The position numbers were made by a program, and so were the translations under genes. The notes under the pieces were generated by a model. It searched no databases. It was given only the letters and a program-made list of their open reading frames with translations, and was not told where the DNA came from. From Camelus ferus (lineage: Eukaryota), in assembly GCF_009834535.1 (NCBI RefSeq), contig NC_045696.1, positions 91,018,001 to 91,082,000 on the forward strand: a stretch of DNA of 64,000 bases, given 5' to 3'. Position 1 is the first letter of the stretch. Every line of letters starts with the position of its first letter. Positions 23,246 through 35,935 of this stretch are shown piece after piece.

Positions 23246-23799
23246 CCAAGTCTAAACAACAAAAAGCAGGACTGTGAGTGGGAGGGGGTGCAAGTAGGGA
23301 TGCAGCAACTATCCTGGAGACACTTTCTCAAGCCCTGGTGGGGTGTTTGCAGTGCATCGTTAATGATTCTGAGGGTGTTGGGTGGTTGAGAGAAAGGCAT
23401 CTGATGAAGTCATCCCCAATAGAGTCTAACTAGCCCATTATGGCTTAACTGTATGAGCCCTCCTAGGGCAATCTTTTCAAAGAGAGTGCCTGAAGAGGAA
23501 AAAGGACTCACAGGGGTGGAATTTCAGGTAGCTGAGTGACAGCCTGGTAACAACATTCCTGGGAGAATAAGATTGGCAGGGTAACCTCCTCAAGATGCCC
23601 CAAATGGGACCAGCTAGACATTTGTAGTAGTAGACGGATGAGAAGAGCTGTAAGGATGAATATCTTAGTTGAGGTTACTGCTCTAATATTGCAGAGGGCC
23701 ACGGGAAGGTGCCTGAGTGAAAGCATGAGCTGGTCCTCCTCCTTGCCCAGTATCAGGACACACACATGTTATGGCTTCCTGACTTCCTCCATTGAAGTC

Positions 23800-24140
23800 C
23801 AGCTTAGGATTTGACTAAAGTGGATTGTCTGGGCTCTAGTGGATTGTCCAGGCCTGGTCACTTACTTGTGGTGTAACCTCTGAAAAATTACTGGAGTGAG
23901 ACATTTCTCTCATTAGATGGATTCATGCCTGGCCCCCTGCCTCACAGGCAAATGACCATCCAGTGAAACGGTGTGTCAAATCACTTTGTAAGCTGTAGAG
24001 TTTTACATAAATGTGTAAGATGTTTACCCTTCTCCTGAACTACAAACTGTTCGAGGCAAGAAGCCTGTCCTGTACCTCATTGTATTCCAAGCCTATCTTG
24101 TGGTGCCTGGCCTTGGAACTCCCTTTGGTGGAATGGATGG
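23800..24140 (+). mobile_element. Degenerate MIR followed by an L2 3' tail
   Basis: cacttacttgtggtgtaacct...aaatcactttgtaagctgtagag, then aactacaaactgttcgaggcaag...tgtattcca...gtgcctggc. Confidence 0.55.
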
Positions 24141-26142
24141 CTGGCGAATCCCAGGACTACTGGCTGGCTGTGTAGGGCAGCCCTCAGCTGGGAAGCCTGC
24201 CACCCCTTGACTGACGGACAATCGTTTACACTTTTTCCTCCTCCCTCACTGCTGACAGTTCCATGATTTCCCCACTTAAAATGCCATTTTGGAAGTCTGT
24301 CTTCTGCCAGAGAATACATCAGGGTAACTCTGCTGGTGGTACCCTCCTTCCCACAAAGCCTCATTACTTAAATTATTGCTCAATGGTAGCAAGCAGCCCT
24401 ATTTCCCCTTGCAGCTGGGAGGTGCCATGCCATCTTCAGGTTTCTCAAAACACCTTGGGAGTGATGTTAAGTCAGGTTCCTCCCACTGACGTGCAGCAAA
24501 GGGAATGGGGAAGGAGTTACCCACCATCATATCAAGTGGGTGATGAGAGAGAGGGTCAGATGTCCCCACCGTGGGCTCTACCCAGGACAAAGCTTCTTTT
24601 GCGGAATGTCTCAAAGAAAAAGAAAGCCAGAGGGAACCTGGTTGTTCTCCTGTGATGTGGTGAGCCCTAACTGACAAGGCTGGACCAGCCTGGCTTCTTT
24701 TGGGTTAAAGTATCAGGAATAAGAGGTCACAGGCCAGGTGGGAAGGAGAGAAGCAGAGAAAATCTGTCGGTGGGTTTTTTTTTTTTAAAGAAAGAAAAGT
24801 TCCTGCTTTTCTTTCCTGTGTGAGAAAAACTAAACTGGCACAAAATATATTTAAGAAGCATACTCTTAGTGTTACTTAGAAAAATACCCTGTATATTCTG
24901 GCAACAGCAAAATGTATCCTTAATAGAATTCATATGGGGCCTTCAATGATCACGATGTTTGGAGAGAAGCCAGATAGTAAGTAATTTAAACATCACAGGA
25001 AATTAAATTTTGGAATTCAATTTTGCATAAAGTTTTCTGTAATGAAAATGTCACACATAAATTATGAAGTCTGATTATATTCTTTTTTGACTTTTTAATA
25101 AAATAATAGAGGTACTTGACAGTCTAGAACAAATGCATATTTTATGTGAATAGTATTGCGTTCAACCAACGTCCTCTGGAAATAATGGAACAGATGTTAA
25201 CACTGCTCTATCAGCTATCAGGTGCTCTGTTAAACAGCTCCAAACACAAGTATTTATTAAAAAATGCTAACGGGTTTGTCTTTAAGGGTTATCTAATTGT
25301 GGGCTTAAAATGTAGATGGTTAATGTAATTAATTATACATGTAGAGTTATATAGTTGGGCTATAATTTATTATATGTGTGCATGTATAAATTATATAATA
25401 TTCTGTTGTAAATTAATTTAATATGGGCACGGGGAATGACTTCTTGAAAATATTAAATAGTTCATAATGTGGTTATAAATCAAAACTAATCTGAATTTCC
25501 ACTTAATTTTGAATTTTGAGAAGGAGGATGCTTTAACTCACTGTAGGGGACTTTGGGGGTGCTGATTGTGTTTTAGATTAAATCCACAGCCTGTAATTAT
25601 TTTTAATAATATTCCACTGAAAAACGCCCCAAATAAAAAGCCTGAATACTCTTAATTTGTTAAAGGCCAAGCAGCATTTTTCTTCAAAGAGTAAAATATA
25701 ATGAACGTTTATTTTGAAAATTGACCTACTTCATCATAACTCCAGGGCCCTAAGCGAGTCTTTCTTCAGGCTCACAATGAACTCTTGCTGAATGCAGAGA
25801 CCATGACCCTGGTCTCTTTTGGGGCTGAGACGTTTTGCCTATGGATGTTCTGTTAAATATTTCCCTCTCTGAATCCTGTTATGACTTCATCTACATGCTT
25901 TGTATTGGGGGTGGGTTTGCACATATTTTAACTTTTAAAAGAGCACAACAAAGGTTTCTTACTTAATCAAAGTCACACAAAAATGTGAGCCAGGCTGTTT
26001 GTCCAGGAGCTTCTGTCCTCTTTTGGAAAGTAGGTCATGTGTGTTCATGGTGGTAGGAGTATGAAGATGATGACTTCCAAGGCAGTTTCTTCAGATATGG
26101 GCATCTTTTTATTTTTGTCTGCTTTTTTTTGAGAACAATGAC

Positions 26143-26256
26143 TAGGGTGACCAGCTTGTCCCAGTTTGCCTGGGACTTTCCTAGTTTTAGCACTAAAGGT
26201 TCCATGTCCCAGGAACCCTTTGGATCTCAAGTAGACCAAGATAGTTGGTTGCTCTA
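26143..26256. mobile_element. MER81-like hAT-Blackjack MITE
   Basis: tagggtgacca...tcccagtttgcctgggactttcctagttttagcact...agttggttgctcta; the length of about 114 bp fits. Confidence 0.85.
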
Positions 26257-26384
26257 TAACCGACAAAGACTTACAAACCAATACTTTAAAAAGGTATAGG
26301 TACAAAAGCATATGGTGTCCCCACAAAGGACCAAGAAGAGACAGAAGGTGTCTATGTCCATTGAGGCTGGGCTTGTCCCTTGAT

Positions 26385-27770
26385 TGTCACCATGTGCAAG
26401 GGACTGGCCAGTCCCTTTAAAAGTTCAGTACTTAAATTTTATAAGCTGGCCCAAGGTTGATCAGGCTCTAGTGATGGAGGAAGCTTCCTCAGTCGCTGAA
26501 TGCAAGAGGGCTCCTGCTGTTTTGTGTTAAGACTTTACGTGAGCAAGTGGAGTTTTTGTTGAGCTAAGTCACCGAGATGTGGGGATTGGTCTGTTGTGGA
26601 AACTTGTACCATTATAAAACTTCTTGTGTTGAAGTGGGGTGCTGCCATTAAAAAACCTAAAATACATGGCATTGTCTTAGTCATCAGGGGTGAGTTGTGA
26701 GGAAACTAGTACAGAAGCTGGAAAGATAATGATCGCTGATATGTTGTGGCAAAATATTCCAGTAAACTGTTGCTTCTAATAACCAGGCAGGCAGATCCCT
26801 TACCTAATAAATGTGTGGTGCTCTGACAGAGAGTGAGAAATAGGACTTTAGTTTTGTGTGATATTATTGGCAGTGTTTGGCAAGATGTTACAAGAAAGAG
26901 ATAAGCTAAGGAGGGGTTAATTGGTTTATAAAGTGGAAAAGAAAAGGACTCAATGAACTCTGCTCTTCATTTCACAGTGAAAGGGACTTCCAGTGAAGTG
27001 AAGAACAAAGGGTTTTTAGGCAACTACACAACTGAAGCAACCATAAAAAGGTATCTGAATATTCAGAACTTTAAATAATCCAGGGACCCCTAATAGTCAA
27101 TGAGTAGGAAGCAAGTTGAGAAAGCCAAATAGCCCCAGGAATCCAGATTCCGTAAAGCTCACTTCAGATGTGGCCAAGGAATAAGGGGAAAGAAGCATCT
27201 TCTAGAGGAAGATTCTAAGAGCCATCGAGAACAATGAAAAAGGGAGCTGCTTCTCAGAGAAGCAGAATCATAGCCTAACCAAGGAGCCTTCCATCCCCAG
27301 GGTAGGAGATCTTCCTGGTCTGGCCAGCTGGATTCCAGAATTGCTACAGCTCAGTGGTTGCTGTTTCCCCCATTCTTCTCTTTCCAAATGGAAGTATTTA
27401 CAGACATCTTAGTGGACAGTGTGTGTGTACACTTGCCTATATGTGGAGAGAGAACAGGCAACTCATCTTTTGTAAAATCAGGACTCCAGGGCTTGAAAAA
27501 TCACATTTAACTGAATCTGATGGAGAGACAATGGGACATCACCCAGAAAGATCAACTTTTAATTGAAGGCAGTGGCTGGATGGAACTTTGACTTGTCTCC
27601 CTTGCAAAGGAGTTAAGTGTATTCTGTGTGGGAAGAAGGAAACAAAGAAATACTTGGTGATAAGACAGGCGGATTGTGGCTGATTTAGTAAATCTAAATA
27701 TTCCATGTGCTCACTTGTATCTTCCAGCCTCTCTGCAGGTAGACTGGGCATGCGATTAGTGAACTTCCAC
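26385..27770 (+). mobile_element. MaLR provirus remnant (MLT1J-like 5' LTR, internal region and start of 3' LTR)
   Basis: LTR end near 26616; internal start gaagtggggtgctgccattaaaaaacctaaaatacatggcattg; gcaagatgttacaagaaagagataagct; purine tract and tgtggc junction at 27675. Confidence 0.75.
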
Positions 27771-29169
27771 TTAGTGGAAATGGCCTATTCTTGCAGGTAG
27801 CCATTCTCAGTCTTTTCACATGGGTTCTTACTCAGTTACTGTTATTTCAATGGGTCTTAACTTACCTCTGTATTCTAGTACATATCCTGCTCCAAAAATT
27901 GCATGTCTCCTATTCACCATTAATAGGTACCACTTTGTCCTTCTCATAATAATGTTGCCCAGCATTGAGGGACCAAACTTAGTTTACATATAACCAATGC
28001 TGGGCAGACTTCTCCCCAGATCTATGTGTCCTGGAAACAGACTCTAGTTTTTACATCCTTGCCATTTTTGGAATCAGCAAGAAATGCCATATATGAGTGT
28101 GAGGGATTTCATTACCTCCAAAGCACTGTCTATTTTAAGCTCTCACCATATTTATCAAGTGAAAAACTTGGTCTCAGTGAGCCTTGCAGAGAATGTGATT
28201 GGCTAGGATCACAAGTTTTTAGTTTTGAACCACTTCTCCAAAGTATTACCCTAAGGATTTCAGAAATTTTATTTCTTGGCCTAGAAAGAAGATGACTCAC
28301 TCAACCAGAATCTTTTCTTGAGTGAAAAAAGTCACAGGAGAGACTATTGCTGATGTGGTGGCCAAAAGGAAGACCCTCATCCAAGTAACTGCTTCCTGAC
28401 CTCAAGCCTGGAACTCTAACTCTACTGACATCGCTGGTTTTCAAGAATTCCAGCAGTATTGCTAATGCAATTGGCCTTATCTGAAGATGTACATTCCTTT
28501 CCACTAAACTGCCTTCCACAGACACACATGTAAAACTGTCTCTATTTATGGATCATAGCAGATGGGACTGGTGGTTTCTCTTCCTCTGATCTGCTAATTC
28601 CAATGAGCTACCATCTTTCCTCTCTGTTCAGCTGCTAAGAGAAGCTAGGTTTCTGTGACTCTAAGGGACAGCACCAGGAGGAGTGGCAACCAGAGCAGGC
28701 CTGAGGAAAGTGCTGATATCCTCAGATCTCCGAGACTGGTGTCAAGAGTTCCGTTCGGCTCTATGTCTGTGATGTGTTGCTCTTGACTTGGGATGTCAGG
28801 GATTTCCCTACTGGGGCTGTTGAGCACACCCTGAATTTCTTTACCTGTGGTGCTGCCCCCAAGTGATGAGAGTTCTGACTTCTGGTGGAAAGAGTTGATG
28901 GAGGGAAGGGGCAGCCTCTGGGCATAGATAGCTTAGATTTTTCACACGTGAGCTTTATCATTCCACACTTACCATGTGGGTACAAGAAAAAGTTATTACA
29001 GGAGGTTTTCATCATTTGAGTGTTCAATATCTCAGTTTCCTTAGTTTCCGAGTGAAAGTTATTGTATCATAAAACATTACTAGAGTGACCTTCTATAAAA
29101 TTAGCTCCCTTTCAACATCAGTGTGTTTGTCTGCTGGCTCCTGCTGGGTTTCTGAGGTGGCAAACATCT

Positions 29170-29520
29170 GACAATAAAATGCAAACACAAGGGAAATTGA
29201 TTGCAGGGGGAAAGTGGGAAGTTCTGCAAAAGGTGCAAGATTTCATGAAGTTGATAAAAGTGTTGTTGGAGAATTACTTCAATCATATGTAGAATCATTG
29301 ACAAATGAGGATCTGTCCGGGTTAACAAAAAGTCAAGAGGGATAGCTTCACCGTAGACATTCAAAAGAGAATCATTGACATCTCAATTTTTTTTCTTGGA
29401 AAAATTTCTGAAGCTCTTGGGTCTATTTGTGAAAATGACCTTTCCTAGGATCCTCTAGGGCATGTGTAAAGTGAAGATTGCTGTTATTTTGCTATTATTG
29501 TGATTGAAAAGTTATATAAA
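29170..29520 (+). mobile_element. TcMar-Tigger transposase C-terminal remnant
   Basis: 29226-29327 translates AKGARFHEVDKSVVGELLQSYVESLTNEDLSGLT, matching the Tigger GFxEVDExDVxELLxSHxExLTNEDL motif; downstream KISEALGSICEND. Confidence 0.75.
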
Positions 29521-30133
29521 TTCCAATCAAACCAATTAGTACTTGATACATTCTTTTTTCCTTCTAAGAATTAGCGATTAGTTGCAGTTATGATCTACAC
29601 TTTGTTAAATATAGTATAAAACTTACTTTCATAATTTTAGTTTCATTTTTTTAGGTTAAACTTACACTAGAAGCTTTTGTCTTCCACTACTTATTATCTC
29701 TCTATTTTAAGAGAACTTAAAGCCTTTCTAGATACCAATTAACCTTAGAGAAGGAGGGCCTCCTGTAATTGTAATAATGGAGTAGAAATTATTTAATTTC
29801 ATTTTCATCATAAACAATTCAAATAGCAAACAGAATAATGCAATACCAAATATATATAAATGTAATGATATAAATTATATATATATGTTATATATGTTAT
29901 GTACGTATAAAACATTCTTGAGTTCAAAAGATACACTCTTTTAAAAAAAATTTGATTATATTTAACCAGGTTGTTTTCACCTTGGATTGTCTCTTTTCAG
30001 GGCTTCTTGCTCTCGAGTTTATTGTCAGCTGATAAGTAATGTCTCAGTGCTTAAATAATCCCCTATTTACTTAGTCACTTACCTGGAACTGCTTACCAGA
30101 ATTTAACTGTTTTGATTCTTTTTTATTTCTCAG

Positions 30134-30198
30134 GAACGGATCCCTATTCCCTTGGTCCTGAATGTTGGCAGAAATCCCCTTGTGCTTGTTTTCCAAAG
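30134..30198 (+). other. Candidate isolated internal exon (65 nt)
   Basis: Branch-like tttaac, pyrimidine tract ttttgattcttttttatttctcag acceptor, and AAG|gtgagg donor. Confidence 0.3.
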
Positions 30199-30204
30199 GT
30201 GAGG

Positions 30205-30395
30205 CAGTAGAAGACTTAAGTTTTAAGCCCAAACCCTTCTCACTGGGTTTGTCAAATTCTCTTTTAATTGGGTGAAGACTTAGTTTTATAGTCTCTGAAA
30301 TGGAGTTAACACCATTTTTCTCCCTTACACGTTGGTGTGAGACTCAAATGGGACGATGTCCATGTTTGGGAAAACACCCTCTACAGTTTAAATGG
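30205..30395 (+). mobile_element. MIR SINE
   Basis: cttagttttatagtctctgaaatggagttaaca...gttggtgtgagactcaaatggga. Confidence 0.6.
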
Positions 30396-31539
30396 AACTA
30401 GCAGTGACAGAACCTCTGTTAGGAACCACGCAGGGCCAAGTGTATTTACAGACCTTTGCTCATGTGGTCAAGTGCAGGGTTCGGATATTATTATTATCAG
30501 CATGACTGTTCTGACAGTCTTTGATTATTGTGTAGCAAATGCCCTGCTCTAGTTCCTTGACCCTCACAGTGGAGACCTCCAATCCCATTATGTCTTCCCG
30601 AGTTGTTTCTAATAGACTACTCAGGCTGTCCTGGGGTAAGCAACTCAGTGTAACCCTGTGACCTTGGAGCACAGACTGCCCAAAGAGAGACCACCCAGTA
30701 ACTCAGTCTCCAGATTGCTAGCCAACAGTCTCTGAGTGCTCCCTCTCTCTGCCACCACCCCCAACTTCCAGCAAATTGAGAAAATCTGTCAATTCCACCT
30801 TTGTAATACCTCTTGAATTCATTTCCACCCCTCTTCTTTGTTATTGGCCTATCTCAGGTGGCTGTTAGGTCTCACCCGGACACCTGCTGTGGGTGTCACC
30901 AACAGGCCTCCTCAGAGGCTGGAAGGCCCCCCACCAGCAGGAGGGCACTGATGCTCCTGCACCCAACAGGCAGCTGGAGAAACAACAGGGCTGGAGTAAG
31001 AGTTCCTTGGGGTCCTGAGTCTCAGAATCCACTTTGATTTTTACTGACTTCTGCTGCCTTAGCCCTATTGGTCATGTCAAGGGGGTGACTTGGTGGCATG
31101 TGTTAATGGGGTTTAGTGTCCCCATTATTTCCGTCACAACGCACTAGACCCACTCCAAAAAGGTACAGTCCAACTCTGCCAAGCAAATACAGCTTTATGC
31201 TTCAACACCCCTTCTAATGAGATTGCCATTCTTGAGCTCCTTGGAAGGTAGGGATTCCAGAGCCACGCCATCTAGTTCTGCACCTGGATCTGCCTGACAT
31301 TCTCAGTGCCTGATTTGACCTACTCTGCTTGCTGGATCCAGCTCTGCTACTTGTTTCCCCTCCCTGGACTGCCTGTTCCTAGATCTTGATCTAATTCATC
31401 TTTCAGACCCCTGACTTCTTCACTCACCTGTGGTCTGCTGCAAGCTCCAGACCTTCCTGATTCACCTTCAGGTGAAGGGAAAGGGAGTTTGCCATGGAAC
31501 TGAGCATAAAAAGTCAGGTTCAAAGAAAGTAGATTTTAA

Positions 31540-31769
31540 ATGATTTTGACTATTTTACATTAAGACATATTAAACACACACACATTTATATACACATACA
31601 CAATTAGTGAAACGAATGTTCACAAAAACAGTATTTACCACCAGCACATGTGAGGCACTGTGATATTTTCTGTTCAGTTCTATTTCATATTTAAAATAAG
31701 TCACCGCTTCTGATCCACCAGCTGCTCCTGATTGTTTGAAGGAGGTTAATTAGCTGTTTGAAAATGCTG
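31540..31769. mobile_element. hAT-Charlie remnant (MER20B-like)
   Basis: ttcacaaaaacagtatttacc...gcactgtgatattttctgttc and terminal gtttgaaaatgctg. Confidence 0.55.
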
Positions 31770-32344
31770 ATCTGAGGAAAGCTTTGTGTTATAAGTGGAA
31801 CAAAACTGAACTTGTTTATAAAAGTAACTGAAATTTATCAGCATTTCAGTTGTTTGTGAATTGCCACCTCTTCTTTTACCTACCATGGGTGGATTGGGAA
31901 GGAGAATCCCCCAATGTATCTCTTTTGAAAGTATGTGTCTAGAGTAGAACAACTTTAAGAGGTGCTTAGTTTTCAGTCAAAGAATTTGGAGTACATGCAT
32001 CAGGCATGTTGTCTGTTACCTATAATTAGGGGTTAAGAAATGCACTATAATTGCTCTGGGTAATTCTGCCATCTTCATGAGTGTTTCTCCTGGAACTGTC
32101 ATTTTATTGCTGGGGAATTTAGGATGGGGGTACAGATTGCTATTAGACCTCTCAGTTCTAGGCTAGAAGAGTTAGAAGGAGCAAGAAAGCTCTCAGCCTG
32201 GGATGGGATCTTCATTGAAGTCTGACAGTCACAGCTGATGGTGCTGAGGAATCAGGAGAGGGGCTGTACTTATGAAGAACCTGTGTCCGGGGTGGGGGGG
32301 CTCCTTTAACATGGCACAGTGTGGAATTGCCTAGAAAGAGATTA

Positions 32345-32622
32345 TATTTATTCTTAAATTTTTTATTATGTAGACTTTAAAATCTTAGTTAAAATAGAAG
32401 GCAAAACACAGAGGACCCCCATGTACTCTTCACTCAACTTCAACTGTTGTCAACTTATGGCCGATCTTGCTTCTTCTATACCTTACCCACTCCCTGAACC
32501 TGCCTCATTATATTGAAGTAAATCCCAGACATAGTAACATTTCATCTATAAATATTTCATTTTGTATCTCTAAAAGATGAAGTCTCCACTTCTGAAATAA
32601 AACCGCAATACTGTCACCACAC
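32345..32622 (-). mobile_element. L1MC-like 3' end
   Basis: ccccatgtactcttcactcaacttcaac...attgaagtaaatcccagacat...atttcatctataaatatttc...tatctctaaaagat. Confidence 0.8.
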
Positions 32623-32629
32623 AGTGGTG

Positions 32630-32765
32630 AATTTGTAGAATTCCAAATGCCTGGACCCAAGATCATGTAAGTAAATAACTGGGGGTGGGTATCAGGCATT
32701 GGTAGCGTCACAAAGCTTCCAGGTGATTCTAATACTGTTATCATGCTTGGTTTGGAGGCAGAATT
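32630..32765. mobile_element. MER5A-like remnant
   Basis: ctgggggtgggtatcaggcattggt...aaagcttccaggtgattctaat. Confidence 0.65.
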
Positions 32766-32879
32766 AGAACGGTCAGGGCTAAGGACTCTTGTGGAGGAAT
32801 GGTCATAAATAGGGAACATCTGTAGCAGATGCCTCTTCCAGGACGAGCGTCACATCTGCTCGTTTCTGGCTATCCTTAT

Positions 32880-33115
32880 CCCTAACAAACTTTCACTTCA
32901 GTCCTCAGCTCCTTATAGATGACCCTCAATATCAATGTCTCATAATCCTGACCCAAGTCCTGGACTCCAATCGCAGATATCTCATCACTTGCTGTAGGCC
33001 ATTTCCATTAGTATGTCCTACTATACTACAAGGTTTACTTAATATGCTTAAAACAGTCTTTTCCCCCTTTTCCCAAACTAGCTCCCTCTTAGGATGCCTC
33101 CATTTCTGTCACCAG
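32880..33115 (+). mobile_element. L2 fragment
   Basis: gatgaccctcaat...cctggactccaa...catttccattagtatgtcc...cttaatatgcttaaaac. Confidence 0.65.
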
Positions 33116-34041
33116 GATGTGCAGAGGTACCCCTCACAAAGCAGACCATGCTCCTGAAAGAATTAGGGGAGGAGCCCCAAATGCCTTAGGGACAAGATTC
33201 ACTGTTCCTAAAAATTCAATGCCAAGGGGAGCATCCTCCATACCCTCCTTCTGCTCCTATGTCTCCTTTGGAAAGTGGCCAGTCCTCTCTCTGTTCCCTT
33301 CTCAAGGCCAAAGAAATGCCAGTTCAGCATTGAGAGTCATCAGGAAGTGACTGAGAAGCTGGCAAAATCCCAAATTTCATATTAAGGACAGAAGAGTGTG
33401 AGGGAGGTCTTTTTACTTCTTACAGAGAGATGTCAAGACATTGTCTTCCTCAGATAGCAAACATGGAAAAGAAATGGACATGTGGATTTGGAGGCAGCTC
33501 CTGGACTAATTTGATTTGGTCATCACTGCTCACTTTTTGGTTCAGGAGACCCATTCCTGTGCATCTCCTCTGAATTTCTTAAGACAAGAAAATCCCAACA
33601 ATTTCCATGTTTTACCACAGCCATTTTCACATTCCAAACTAATGAATCTAAGTAGGAGGAGAGGGTATAATTGTAAAGAAAAAAAATAAAAAGCCTCTAG
33701 ACTAATTAAAAAAATTTTTTTTTCCATAAAAGAACAAAGAAAATTAAGTGTGTGCTCATCCTCTCAGCTTTATTTGGGAGTTAATGGAGTCAGCAAAAGC
33801 CCAGATAAAGCTGGAAACTAAAATTACTTAGGTTATGGAGCTTGTTTAAAAAGAGTTATCATGGGAAATCTAGGAAGCTAGAGTGTGCCATATAGTCAAC
33901 CCTTCCCTCTTGAGGAAGCTTCCAGAACCCAAAGTTGTATTCTAGAACTTGGCCCACAGAGGCTGGTTAGGTGAGTCCTGGGGAAAGGGGAGTCCACCTC
34001 AGCACAGATACTACAGATTTGGAGCCTGGTGTTTGGCATAC

Positions 34042-34120
34042 TTCATCTCCTCTCTGCTTCCTTCCCAACTCTGCCATCATTCATCTCCTCTCTGCTTCCT
34101 TCCCACCTCTGCCATCATTC
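34042..34120. repeat. 38-bp tandem duplication
   Basis: ttcatctcctctctgcttccttccca(a/c)ctctgccatca twice with one mismatch. Confidence 0.95.
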
Positions 34121-34509
34121 TAGGCATCTATCCCTCTCCCCTTCATTTCCTTACAGCTCTTATCTCACCATTAACTAATTTCACGAAAGCATTAACCAAA
34201 AATAGATTGATATATTTTCTCTCCCATTCAATAATTCAAACTTCAAAAAATTGCATTTCAGAAAATTTTCAGGTTTTAGGGAAAATATTCTGAGACGGGG
34301 AACCTTGACCATCCATTCCTCACATAAAGGTGACTGTTGGGCAACTCACTCTCCTGCTATTGCTGATAAATAATTACTGTCAAAATGCTGCCTTGCTGGA
34401 GTAATACGCTTCTTCGTGACAAGGATAGTGCCCACCATTATGCCCCCAGGATACAACACAGTGCATGGCATGTAAAATGTGCTCCAAGAGGGAAATGGAG
34501 GAAGGTTTT

Positions 34510-34960
34510 AGAGTCAGGGAAAGGTGGAGCTAGGAGGCCATTTGGAACCTGTCTAATACTCCCTCACACTACAGATGAGCAGACTGAAGACAGAAAGGTA
34601 AAGGGAATTGACATTTCTTGGCACCACCGTGTGAACTAGTCCAGTCACATATTTCTTTGTTATATCATTTTATACTCCTAGTATGCTTTTATGGTTAAAA
34701 TCTTTTTGCCGGTACAGATCAGGAGACCAAGCCTCATGGAGGATAAGTAACTTCAAGGTCATGCAGCTGTCAAGTGTCAGAGCTGAGATCTGAACCCAGA
34801 CGTCTCTACTTCTAAGGCACAGGTTCACCTGGTCTCACCCACCTGAGTCCTGGGAAGATGCTTCGAGGTAAGTAAACATTTAGGCCCGAGATTGCAGAGC
34901 TTGTTAGAAACAGAGCCCGGGCCAGAATTCAACCTGACATCTCCTGACTCCAGTCCAGGT
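34510..34960 (-). mobile_element. Cluster of three MIR fragments
   Basis: acagatgagcagactgaagacaga; aagtaacttcaaggtcatgcagct...cagagctgagatctgaacccaga; cagagcccgggccagaattcaacctgacatctcctgactccag. Confidence 0.7.
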
Positions 34961-35389
34961 TGGGGACACTGATTGGTTGTAAATGAAATAACCTTTGAGG
35001 ATTCTGTACTTGTCTCCATTATATGAGTACATTTCAAACACTGATCCAGACAGTAATGGTACCTCAGTGCAGTAGCTACCAAAGGAGGCCTTATTCCATG
35101 GCCCCTCTCCTCGTACTGCCATGAGAATGGGCCAGCATTTTCTGATCACCTGTTTAGGGGCCTTTCCCATTGACTAGCACATCTCCACTTGTTCTTTGGC
35201 CGCACTTGCTGAGTTAGTAGCTGTTCTGGAAGAATGACTTTGCTGTTGAAGAACCTTTGCAAAATCCTTGACATACATTGAAAATGGTTTCCAAAAGATA
35301 GTCATTTTGTCCTTGTTGCTTTGGGCGTGTTCCACATAAATTTGGCCTGACTTCTTGAAGGGTTAGTCATCCGATCATGTTACCATTCA

Positions 35390-35892
35390 GCTCACTGGTT
35401 ACTGTTAGGTCCCCACTACCTGTAGAGTAAAGCCCAAGGCCTTAACATGACACACTTCTTTTACCCTGCCTCCCTGGCTTTATTCCCTTCTGCTCTCTGC
35501 TGTGAATCTCTTGCTTTATCTAAAATGAACTTCTCAAATTTTCCAGGCCCTTCCATAACTACGTACACCATTCCTCCTTCTCTGATGCCCTAATTTTTCA
35601 AAACCTAGCTCAAGTTCATCACCTTTGTAGTGCCTTTCTCAGTTCCTGTAAAGCAGTGCTCATGACCTCTGGAGTCTTTATAGAGGACTTTGCACAAATC
35701 TCTGACAAGGGAAGCAGCAGGATACCATACTTAGGAGCATTTATTTTGCATTCAAATCTTGGCTCTGCCTCTTTTTAGCTATATGAATTTGATGAAGTTA
35801 CTTAACTTCTGAAGCCTCAGGTTCATTATTTTAAAAAACGGATAATGATGATGATGATAATGATGATAATGATGATAATGATGATAATGATG

Positions 35893-35935
<43 letters not shown>

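Noticed and set aside
24263..24655. 130-aa ORF
   Set aside because: No recognisable domain, splice context or promoter; the length is attainable by chance.
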